Shown here in pieces: positions 18,801 to 30,500 of a stretch of DNA of 64,000 nt. The notes under the pieces are model-generated. The model was not told the origin of the DNA. It ran no database searches and worked only from the letters and a program-made list of their open reading frames with translations. The DNA lies in assembly GCA_051294375.1 (NCBI GenBank), contig CM119263.1, positions 31,844,750-31,908,749 on the forward strand. Reading direction: 5' to 3'. The translations under genes and the position numbers were made by a program. Numbering within the stretch: position 1 is the first letter of the stretch; each line of letters starts with the position of its first letter. The stretch comes from Paraspadella gotoi. Lineage: Eukaryota; Animalia; Chaetognatha.

Positions 18801-19648
18801 AAACCCCCGATTTCGAAATACACATATGAAAGTGAAATGGACATCGGTTCATCTTTAGCTCTGCCGGACGAGACCCTTTTGGTCAGGTCGATAGTAAGGT
18901 CGTCAAATCCGCGTGGGTGGGGAAATCTTTTTAGTCCCCCAGTCGACAGTGAAAAAGAAGAGGATCAGGGAGACCAGGCAAGTTTAATCATTTTATTGTA
19001 AAGAGGAAGAGCGATTCTAAGGCGTTGCGTCCTATTAACTTTCTTTGCACGTGATCGGAAAGCGAGTTGATCACGTGACTACAAAAGTATGGAAAATCTG
19101 CTAATAATCAATTCGCATGGATAAATATCAAATTTGGTTATAGAAGTATGAAGAATTAGACTGCATCTTTCTGCTCCGTAATATTCGAATTGACTTACAG
19201 GGTCAATATTTAAATTTAACCTTTTTAGCGAATTTTTGAATGACAAAAATATTGTTACAATTACATATGAATTTCTTAAAATATCCCCGAAGGACCCTGT
19301 ATTATTTTAAGAGCTATTCTAATTTAAACTTATCTGGGACGAACAGATGGACAGACCGAATGACAGATATTCAAGTGTCTTATAGAGTTGCTTTGCTTTA
19401 CTTTGCTTTTCGGTGAAACTAAAAAAAATAGCAGAATTTAATTCTAATAACATTTGCGTTTCCACTTTCAGGACTATAGTTTCTCATCTCAATCACTCGA
19501 AAATGCAAATTCGATTATTATACAAAAAATGGAGAAAAAATCTTCGACAAAAAATACAGAAGATGACGAAATCTTAGAACTGATGTTTGATCCTGTTCTT
19601 AATTGTTATTTCGACCCCAAAACGAATAAATATTATGAATTGTGTTAA
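12849..19648 (+). CDS. CFAP20DC: CFAP20 domain-containing protein (C3orf67 orthologue), 8 coding exons, ~959 aa
   Basis: Exons: 12849-12968, 13271-13415, 13718-14085, 14485-16075, 17080-17232, 17386-17511 (alternative in-frame acceptor at 17403), 18778-18977, 19472-19648; phases are consistent. N-terminal CFAP20/DUF667 domain [49 protein letters not shown]. Further motifs: [19 protein letters not shown] and C-terminal [21 protein letters not shown]. Confidence 0.93.
15361..15672 (+). repeat. Coding 24-bp (8-aa) tandem repeat, ~13 units, TAAQQERL-like
   Basis: acagcagcgcagcaggaaagactg-like units in CFAP20DC exon 4. Confidence 0.85.
15722..15918 (+). repeat. Coding 18-bp (6-aa) EEERKR repeat, charged helix-like tract
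   Basis: REEE(R/K)(R/K/N) repeated about ten times in CFAP20DC exon 4. Confidence 0.8.
16104..16838. mobile_element. TA-flanked MITE (Tc1/mariner-type) in CFAP20DC intron 4
   Basis: ~33-bp TIRs ccccgtgtcccttcgcgagtgacaccaaaaaaa / tttttttggtgtcactcgcgaatggacaagggg, with TA on both sides. Confidence 0.8.
17587..18647. mobile_element. Older hAT-type MITE (TAAGGCGTAGT family) carrying a nested HINE-like element
   Basis: Ends TAAAGCGTAGTAAAA / TTTCACTACGCCTTA, flanks ctgcttaa / cggcttaa (7/8 TSD match). HINE-like sequence occupies ~17884-18605. Confidence 0.7.
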
Positions 19649-19984
19649 AATGTCGCCAATTAAATTATCATTAACCCAATCACCAAGCAACGAAAATAAA
19701 GCGAAGTCCCTTGGTTGTTTTTTTTTTTAAATTCATGGACAATTGCTTGGTCAAATGTTTCCTTTTTTTCCTTCCATTTAAATGTTAAAGCACAAATTAT
19801 TGCTCTTTCTTCTCAAACTGTTAACATCTATACTTAGTCTTTATAAAATATGACGATTTGTTATTATGAAATTGGTACAACCAATATAACTTAATGCTGA
19901 ATATATTTGCCTGTTTTACTTAGCTAAATATCATCAATGAAAATAAATCAATAAAATAATCAAAAACTAGAGGACCCAAAATGA

Positions 19985-20470
19985 CAAAAATTGACGTAAA
20001 GAACGTAATGACTAAAGGACTAAACGTAAATAATGATTAGTCGGACAATACGCATATAAAGTAAGCAAATAAAAATGACTATGCATGACTATGGTAAAAT
20101 TGACTGTGACGTTAATTTGACTAACATAATTATGACGTAAATTTGTATAACGTAATTATGACGTAAAAGGTTGTAAATGACTGAGAAAGCTAAATACCAA
20201 TGGCCATTATAAATTACGATGTAAAAAAACATGATGTTAATTAGACTAAGGTATTTAAGACGTAAATTTGACTAATGTAATTATGACGTAAAAGGTTGTA
20301 AATAACTTAAAAAGGTAAATACTAATGGCCATTGTAAATTATGACGTAAATTTGACTAATTTAATTACAACGTAAAATCATGTAAATAACTTAGAAAGGT
20401 AAATACCAATGGCCATTGTCCGATAATCAAGACTATCAGAACGTGACATAAATTTGATTCTAAAACAATA
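19985..20470. repeat. Degenerate tandem repeat rich in ATGACGTAAA
   Basis: Repeated attatgacgtaaatttgactaa-like units, with a higher-order duplication (20130-20250 vs 20255-20375). Confidence 0.7.
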
Positions 20471-20754
20471 TGCGACGTAATTATGAAATAAAATACATTG
20501 ACAATAACAGCATCGCAGGAGACCAATCTCACCAGAATCGAAAACGGATCGGAGGATCGGGCAATCGCCGCCAGAATGGAATCGCCGAATGCTGATTGGC
20601 TGAGCCGGAACCGGAATCGACAAATCAGCTTGCAAGAACCATTGAACTGTCAAAATCACTCTGTCAAAGTGAAGAATCAGTGATAATTGTTAGTCTACCA
20701 TAAAAACAATGAAATTGTAGTGGGATTACCCCGCCTATAAGTAGGACACCTTCA

Positions 20755-20860
20755 GTCGTGACCCGGTGGCTCATTGAGTAAAGCCATCATGTCAGATCCA
20801 AAGACTCGCTAATCGTGATATCTGAGTTCGGACTTTACTTCGTGACAAGGATTTATTATT
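20755..20860 (+). mobile_element. Possible tRNA-derived SINE head
   Basis: A-box-like GGTGGCTCATTGAG at ~20765 and B-box-like GAGTTCGGACT at ~20824; no clean cloverleaf. Confidence 0.35.
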
Positions 20861-21002
20861 TGGATCATTTCATCATTCGTGCTTTCGTCGTTCGTTAATA
20901 TTCAGTCCTTTAGCCGGATCTGCTTAACAGCAGATTTTAGGAGGAGGACGGACCGGCGGGTCCAAACAATCAGCTCATGACCAAAAGGTACCGGGTTGTG
21001 AT

Positions 21003-22923
21003 TAGTGTTCCGATAACCGTTAACTGTTAACGGTTATNNNNNNNNNNNNNNNNNNNNNNNNNTAACGGTTAAAAATATTTTAATTAACCGTTAATAATAT
21101 TTTCATTTTACACGGGTTAAATTCGGTTATATTTTTCAAATGTGATTTTTTTTTCATTTTTGGTATGAAATCTTTAATTAAAAAAAAAAAACTATTTTTT
21201 TCTGTTCTCTCTTATCTCTCTCTCTCTTCTCACCATATTTTTACCCCTCTCTCCTTCTCCAATTTTTCCTGCTTTTTCCTTTGTTATTTTCACCTTTTTT
21301 TTCTATCCTCATCTTCTCTTATTCATGTGGGATTCGATCCCTCTTCTCGCCTTCCAAAGCAGCTCAGCAGAGTGGAAGGCCTATTTCCAATTATAAACAA
21401 ACTCGTTTCAAAGTTTTATATATTATTATTAAACACTTTAAATCAATAAGCAAAAAATGAATTTCCCGGATTCGATCCCGGGACCTTTCATCAGCAACTA
21501 TGCATTAGTGGTTTTCACCACTTCGGTACTTATCAAATAGATATTCATTTTACCCTAAATATAAACTTAATCATGTTAAAACCAAAAGAACATTATGTTT
21601 ACTATATTGGATGCTAGGAGTACACTAAGCATAAGTTTTATGGTCCTCTTAGAATTTACATGTTATTCCTTTATTCACTCACAAAGAATCTTCTTTACAA
21701 GTGGATCACATCTCCATAATGTAATATTTATTTCCTTGTTAACGTTTAAATAATTGTTATTATTGATATTTATTGATTAATATTATTGCTTGTTATTTGC
21801 CATTGCTTTTTAACGCATATAGAATATCTATATGCTTTGATTATTTTATTAAGGTACCAATTTTAACCGTGAACAAATCAAGAACTTTGTTCTAGAAACA
21901 TTTTTATAGAAACCAAGTGGTTCTGGACGAACTGTTGCAGCCCGCGACGGCCGCGAAGAATTCTTCCGCCTTTAACGCCGTCTGAAGGAAGTTGGCGATT
22001 CCGTGAATCGCCAATTCATTCTTCCCTTTATTTATCTCCTCCTGTTCCTTCTTTTTCTTCGACTTTTCCCCTTTTTCTTTCTCCTTTCTTTTTTCTCCTT
22101 TTTCGCCTTTGCTTTACCTTTTTTCCTTTTTTTGCCTTTCATTGCAATAATAATGTATTCAATTTAGCTAAAAATAAATAATCCCTCTTATTTTACTTTT
22201 TCTCTCTTTTTCTTTTCTCTTTAAAAATTAACAAAGAAGCACAATGAAATAAAACCGAATGAATGAAAAAAATGATAAAAACAAAATAAAAAAAATTATT
22301 TTAAAAATTTTAAAAAATTAAAATAGAAGGAACGAATCTTAAAAAGATATATAAAAAAGAATAATGATGATTTATACTTTTTAACTAACTAAAAAATATA
22401 TTTTATTAATCAATAATATTTTTCATCATCGATAATCAACCAGTCTATCAATAAATAAATTCATATTATATTTATGGTCAATGACCATTGGTCATAGTTT
22501 ATGAAGATTACAACAGAAAAACAAGCGTGTAAGAAACTAACAACTAAAAAATAATGGGAATAGAAGAAGTAGAGAAAGAAAAGAGAAAGCAAAAGAAGAA
22601 AGAGAAACAAAATATAGAATAGAATTTGATGGTATCCTTTCGTTTGTTGTGTTTATGAGATTAGCAAAAATATTTGTTTTGTACAACAACAATTTTATTT
22701 GACATAAAAAATAGACATGTTTCGACTCTGTTTCAAGTCTTTATCAGCGCAGCAAGAGTCATTTAAAGAGAAATACCATTAAATACTTTATTTTGTTTTA
22801 AATCTTAATATTTAAATTTTAAAGTTGAATATAAAAATTAACCGATCTTAACGGTAACGTTAAAAATGTTAGTTTTAACGGTTAAGCGAATTTCCTAAAA
22901 AAAATAACGGTTATCGAACTCTA
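21003..22923. mobile_element. Non-autonomous hAT-type DNA transposon, ~1.9 kb
   Basis: TIRs TAGTGTTCCGATAACCGTT / AACGGTTATCG(G)AACTCTA, perfect 8-bp TSD gttgtgat (20995-21002, 22924-22931), and subterminal TAACCG/CGGTTA motif clusters at both ends. Confidence 0.85.
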
Positions 22924-24569
22924 GTTGTGATCGAGTATTAAAGCGTAGTCAAGTTAAATTGAACTTAAATTTCAAAATGTTTTTAATAATTTTATTTTTA
23001 TTTAGCAGATTTAATCGCTCGTCAAAGAAAAATATAACTCTTTACAAAAAATTCTTTCATTAAGTAGGTAAAAATTAACAAAACTATATTAATTAGGAAG
23101 CCGCTATAGAAAAGAAGCCAAACTTTTTTTTATATTTTTTATCGATAGATGTGGAATGACGGAATATTGTAAATCGTCAAGTTTCGCTAAATCGGACCTC
23201 ACATTTGGAACAATGTCTTAGAGAGAACACACCAAAAATTCTACCTTATTAACATTCTCGCCTTTTATATTGATTTTCGCTGATATTCTCGCTCTTCAAA
23301 TTATAATCCGCAGTTAATTTTTTTTTCTTAACAAGTGAAGGCGAATCCACAACTTTTGTTATTTTTGATTTCTGGGTAAAAAAAGTATAATAAATAACTA
23401 TACATTGGAATATTATGAAGTTAATTCTTGTGAAGCCATGGAGAGTAATAATTAAAAAATTGCCTAGTTTACTTTTGAAAAATGACAGTAAGTGAAGAAG
23501 TTGAATGTTTCCGGCTCATTTCCAGTAAACATCCCTGTCTCTCTTAATAAATAATGTTACTTTTTGCTGGTTGAAAAGAAAGATAAATATCCTAGGTGAT
23601 GATGGGAATAATTTTTGTAGAATTTTGTAAGCATGCTTGTAAATCAGACAAGCAAATTCTCTAGGACAAAAAATTCACATTTCTATTATTCCAAAAACTT
23701 TAAAGTTTTTACTAGAGTACAATTTTTAGCCTTTTTTTTCTTTCGAGATCATTAATAATTAAATTTTCATTTATTTATGGGTGTCATTATTTTAAAATTC
23801 ATTATAATTTTGGACTTAGTTGACACTCACGCTGTAAGGTTCAGCATAAGTAATTACTAAAATTGTATCTTGTTGTGCCTACCTATGATTATGCTTCATT
23901 TTGGTACTATACCATCCTTTCTACTTAATCCTATCAAAAGATATAGGAAAATCAGTTTTTCTCAATTCCTTTTTTTTAATTTCTTTTTAAATAACAATTT
24001 CGCGATCAAACTGACTATTTCATTTAAACGATATTTATGTCAACATCATTATAAATGAAAAAAGAAAATAGGACAACTTTCAGACACAACTAAAGATCGC
24101 GAATTCGAAGTCCTCATGTAACAGAACATATAGCATCCCGTTTGCCAATTTAAGTTTGTAAACTTTCCCTTCATTTTATAGTAACAAAATGAGGTTGAAA
24201 ATTCTCCGAGAGGAGATAGTGCATTCCCTGGCTTTTTGAATATTAAATCCTTTATCAATGCCATAAGAATAGGGCAACTCTTCAGATTAACCGCTCTGGA
24301 ATCGTTACGTTTTTACAAGTTTTTTAACCAGATTTTGGCAACGCGTTTGCAATTGGTAGTCATTTGAACGGAATTCTCTATTAGAAAATGTTGAATTTTT
24401 TTAAGCGAGTTCTCGTCTAATTTAATATATAAAAAATAATTTTCAGCCTAAAATATAGGTTTTTATCATTTTTGACCAATGAATAATTTTTAAAAAAGAT
24501 TATATTATTTCATCAACTTTTTTATGACGAATCCAATCTGCAAAAAAATCTTATAAAATTGAAATTTAA

Positions 24570-27500
24570 GTATCATTATTTAAACTTTTGACTACGCTTT
24601 AATACTGATCACAACTAGAGTTTCCGATAACGTTTATTTTTTTAGAAATGTTCGCTATAACCGTTAAAATTAAAACATTTTTAACGGTTAACCGTTTAAG
24701 ATCGGTTATTTTACTTATATTAACTTAAATTTAAATATATAAGATTTAAAACAACAATAAAGTATTTCAATGTATTTCTCTTTTACTCTGACTCCTTGAA
24801 TGCCTTAAATAAACAGATCGAAACATCTATTTTTTTATGTCAAATAAAAGTTGTTGTGGTAGACAAAACAAATATTTTGCTAATCTCTAAACAAAAAGAA
24901 TACTCAATCAATTTAATGTTTTGTTTTCTCTCTTCTCTTTTCTTCTCTTTTCTTTCTCTACTTTCTCTTATCCCCATTATTTTTAGTTGTTAGTTTTCTT
25001 AAACGCTTGTTTTCTTTTTAATCTTTCATAATATACCAATGGTCAATGACCATAAATATAAATATGAATTTAATTTATGATAGACTGGTTGATTTTATCG
25101 ATTGATCAATGATTTTATTGTTAAACTAATATATTTTGTTTAGTTAAAAAGTATACTCTATTATTTCTTTTATGATTCTTTTTAAGATTCTTCCTTCTAT
25201 TTTAATTTTAATTTTTATAATATTTTCTTTATTTTGTTTTTATTCATTTTTTTTCATTCATTGGTTTTTTTCAATTGCTCTATCTTTGTTAAATTTTAAA
25301 GGAGGAAAAGAAAGAAAAAAAATAAAAGAGGGATATTTATTTTAGCTAAATGAATAATATTATCGCATGAAAGGCAAAAAAGGAGTAAAGCAAGAGGCGA
25401 AAAAGGAGAAAAGAAAGGGAGAAAGAAAAAGGGAAATATGCGCCACAAAAGAAAGAACAGGAGGAGATAAATAAGGGAACCATAATGTTGGCGAATTCAC
25501 GATCGCCACTCCTTCAGACGGGTTAAGCGTAAGATTTCTTCGCGCGTCGCGGCGCATCGCAACTTTTCATAAAAATTTCTGAACAAAGTTCTTGATTTGT
25601 TCACGGTTAAATTGGTACTTAATAAATATCAAAGCAATAGATATTCTATATGCGTTAAAAAGCAATGGCAATACAAGCATAATATTAATCAATAAATATC
25701 AATAATACAATTATAAACGTAACAGGAAATAAATATTAACTTATGAGATTTATCCACTTGGTTAAAGAGATTCTTGTGAGTGAATAAAGGATAACATGGT
25801 AAGTTTAAAAGAGACCATAAAAATATGCTAGTGTACTCTGCATCATATAGTAAACATAATTTTTTTGTTTTAACAAATTAAGTTTATATTAAGGGTAAGA
25901 ATGGAATCTATTAAGACCGAAGTGTGAAAACACTAATCATAGTTGCTGATTGAAAGGTCCGGGACGAATCGGAAATATTATTTTGGTTATTATTTAAAGT
26001 GTTATATTAATATAAAACTTTGAAGACGGTTTGTTTTAATTGGAAAATAGGCCTTCACTGCTGAGCTGCTTGGAAGGCGAAGAAACGGAGAATCCACATG
26101 AATAAGAGAGAGATGAGGATAGAAAAAAAGGAAAATAACAAAGAAAAGCGCGGAAAAATGAGAAGAGGAGAGGGTAAAAGTATGGTGAAAGGAGAGGGAA
26201 ATAAGAGAGACAGAAAGAAAAGTTTTTTTTTTTAATTTAAAGATTTCAACCAAAAATGAAAAAATCACATTGAAAATTACGAATCACCGTTAAAATGAAT
26301 ATATTAACGGTTAGGTTAAATTATATTTTAACCGTTAATAACCGTTAACAGTTAACGGTTTCGAACACTATCACAACCCGGTACCTTTTGGTGCATGAGC
26401 TGATTGTGTTGGACCCGCCGGTCCGTCCTCCTCTAAAATCTGCTGTTAAGAGATCCGGACTAAGGATCTGAAGTATTAACGAACGACGAAAGCACGCCAA
26501 TGATAAATGATCCAAATAATAATCTTGTCACAATAAAGTCCGAACTCAGATATCACGTAGCGAGTCTTTGGATCTGACATCGATGGCTTTGATCAATGAG
26601 CCACCGGGTCACGACTGAAGGTGTCACTTAACGTAATCCCACTACAATTTCATTGTTTTTATGGTAGACTAACAATTGCACTGATCTTCACTTTGGACAG
26701 AGTGATTTTGACAGTCATGGTTCTTTGCAAGTGATTTTGTCGTTCCGTTCGCGCTCAGCAATCAGCATTCCGGATCCATTCTGGCGAGCGATTGCCGATC
26801 CTTCCGATCCGTTTCGATTCTGGTGGATGGTCTCCTGCGATGCTCTTATTGGTCATGTTTTTATTTCATAATTACGTCGCATATTTTTTAGCAATCAAAT
26901 TTTACCGTTCTGATAGTCTTTGTTATCGACGATGGCCATTGGATTTACCTTTCTAAGTATTTACATTGATTTTAGTGTAATTAAATTATCAAATGTTAGT
27001 CATAATTTACAATGGCCGATTAGTATTTTCTTTTTAAGTATTTAAACTTTTCATCATAATTACACTTAGTCAAATTTACGTCGTAAATACTTAGTCTATT
27101 AAATCATTGTTTTTTTTACATCGTAATTATAGCATTGGATTTACTTTCTCAGTCATTTAACTTTTACGGTCATAATACGTTATACAATTACCGTCAAATT
27201 AGTAAGTCAAATAACGTCCACGTCAATCTTTACCATAGTCATGCACTGTCATTTTATTTGCTTACTTATATGCGTATTGCCGACTAATCATTATTTCGTT
27301 TATTCTTTGTCATACGTTCTTACTCAATTTTGTCATTTTGGGTCCTCTAGTTTTTGAATTATTATTGATTTATTTTATTCATATATTTGAGCTAAGCTAA
27401 AACAGGCCAAATATATTCAGCTTAAGTTATATTGTTGTACCAATTTATAATAGCACAAATCTCATATTTTATTAAGACAAGTATAGATGTTAACAGTTTG

Positions 27501-30500
27501 AGAAGAAAGAGCAATAATTGTGCTTTAACATTTAAATGGAGAAAAAAGGAAACTTTACAGCAATTGTCATGAATTTAAAAAAAAAACACAGGACTTCGCT
27601 TTATTTTCGTTGTTGGTATTGGGGTTAATGATAATTATTGGCGAATTTTAACACAATATATATTTATTCGTTGGGGTGAAATAAATTAAGAAAGGATCAA
27701 ACATCAGTTCTAAGATTCGTTCATCTCTGTATTTTTGTCGAATTTTTTTCCATTTTTGTATATAAAATCGAATTTGCATTTCGAGTGATTGAGATGAAAC
27801 TATGTCCTGAAAGTGAAACGCAAATGTTATTAGAATTAAATTCTGCTATTTTTTTAGTTTCCCGAAAAGCAAAGTAAAGCAAAGCAACGCTATAAGACAC
27901 TTAATTGTTCATTCGTCTGTCCATCTGTTCGTCCAGATACTTTAATTTAGAATAGCTCTTAAATAATACAGGTCCTTCGGGGATATTTAAGAAATCTATG
28001 TATGTAACAATATTTTGTCATCAAAAATTCGCTAAAAAGGTAATTTAAATATTGATGTAAGTCAATTCGAATATACGAGCAGAAAGATGCAGTCTCTTCA
28101 TACTTCTATAACCAATTTGATATTATCATGCGAATTGTTATAGCAGATTTCATATTTTGTATCACGTGATCAATCGCTTCCGACAGTGCAAAGAAGTAAT
28201 AGACCAACGCTTAGAATCGTCTTCCTCTTACAATTAAAATGATTAAACTGCTGGTCTCCCTGATCCTTTCTTTTCATTCGGACTGGGACTAAAGATTTCC
28301 CCACCCACGCGGATTTGAGACCTACTATCGACCTGACCAAAAGGCCGTCGGCAGAGCTAAAGATAACCGATGTCCTTTCATTTCTATTGTATTTGAAATC
28401 GGGGTTCGTTGTGGACAGGGTGTGTCATCGAAATAGTATACGTATCATAAATCAATCTGTCATAATCATTAAATATTTGTTATCACCATTTTCTGAGTAC
28501 TATTTTAAAATGATAAAAATGTACGAGATATGGTTGATTAAGCCGTAAGGCGTAGTGAAATTGCAGATCAAAACGAATATTAGCATTTTGATCTTAATTC
28601 ACTTGTGGTCCGTCGTCCGCCCCTCAATATGTCGGGCATTCACTTATTATCGTCAGAACATCAATTAGATAATTATGCAAAAAAAATGATGTCGTCCGTC
28701 CGTCGTCTGTCGTCCGTCCACCTTAGAAAAATCTAATTATCATGTTGGATGTGGATTGAATGAAATTTTGTTGGTGAGGAAGTGTGATTGGAGCTGATAT
28801 GAAAAACAAAAAAATATATTTCATTATTTGAACCAGGATGTGGAAGCGATCGATTTTCACCGCTGCAATCCGGCCTTCCAAGACCCCTCCCGCCCCGTTT
28901 TTGGTGCAATCTTACTTTTTAGCGATGCTTCGTTCGAGTGGCATCGCTCCTTCTTTAAAATTTACATTGTTATATTTAAAAAATACCTTTAGACATGTAA
29001 TTCTTGTAGAATAATTTTTAAACAATCTTTTTTGTTAAAAATAACAAGTAAATTTTTACTAGAAAATTGTAAGATTTGTAAGTGTAGAATCGTTCGATGG
29101 AAATGAGTTTAAATGAAAAAAAACAAAAAACCTTTTCCATTTGCTTTTTTCTTTTATTAATATAAATAAAGCTGCATTAATTATTCAATTAATCAATAAT
29201 TAATTAATCAATCAAAAACACTTAAAAAATTTTTTATCAATCAATCAATTAAATAATCAATAATTTATTAATCAACTAATTAATAAATTTATTATCAATA
29301 AATTATTAAAAAACTAATTAATAATCAATCATTAATTAATCAATCATTAACAGGTCAGACTAGCACTACAAAAAAACCTAAAAAAAAGGCCTGATATGAA
29401 TTTATTTTATTGATCAATCATCATTCAATAATCATGATGGTGCATCCTCGTTGTCATCAAATCATCATCAGGAGTCATTCTTTGTCATAATAAAAAGAAA
29501 AAAAACAAACAGTTTGAGCTAATCAATGCCAGAAACTGATCAGTAATAAATTATCATCAATTATCAAATATTCAATCAATCAACAAAAAATAAGCAATCA
29601 ATCATTTGTCATCGTCGTATTTCATTGTCGTGTTTCATCATTAATTAATTTAATTAATTAAACTCCTTTATCTTGTGTACATTGCAAAAATGTATCTTTA
29701 TTATTTATCCCTTTTTTGTTTCTCTCTCTCTCTCTCTCTCTCACACACTTTCCTCTTTAACAGTTTCACTTCTTTTCACAACTCACTAATTGCCCTACCT
29801 TCACCTGTCCTCACATCTGACCACTATTCTGTCTCACACTTGTCGAAAAACTTTTACCCTCTCTCTCTCTTTCTCTTTCCTTTCTTCTCTCTCTCACACT
29901 CTTCTTTTAACACAAATTATATGAATGTCATATGCTATGAAGGCTTGAGTAAACAACCGAAACATTCCAATATTAATTAAAAACCATTGTACAAATTCAA
30001 AATTCTTTGCTTTCTTAAATTAATTTAATGAATATTTTTATAATGTTGGTGACCAAAACAAAATTATATAAAAATTTGAGGGTGTTTTTTGTAAGAGGGG
30101 AAAGAAATAAGATAGAGAGAGAGAGTGTGTTAGAGATTAAGTATGTAAGCATAATATATCAAATGCACTAAAACAGATCAATCTTTTGGTTAAACTTGTT
30201 TTACATGAAAAATGTTATGATTAAAAAAAAAGACTTAAATTAAAGAAATAAATAAATCGTTGCAACAAACTTTGTCATTCTTTAAAGAAAATAATAAAAA
30301 ATTAAAATAAATTTTTAGTTTATAGAATTAAAAAATTTAATTTAAATTTAATTAACTAATACAGTTTTTTCAGATAAAAAAATCTTTTTTAGCTCAGATT
30401 TATGTGATAAATTTAAAAAAATAATAAAAAAATAATATATAATTTTTTCAGAGATCTCGACAAAAGGAAAAGAGATAAAGAAAAAAAAAAAAGAAGAGAA

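Noticed and set aside
21460-21530. Functional tRNA gene on the minus strand
   Set aside because: It has a T-arm/B-box-like part but no convincing acceptor stem or D arm; more likely SINE-derived.
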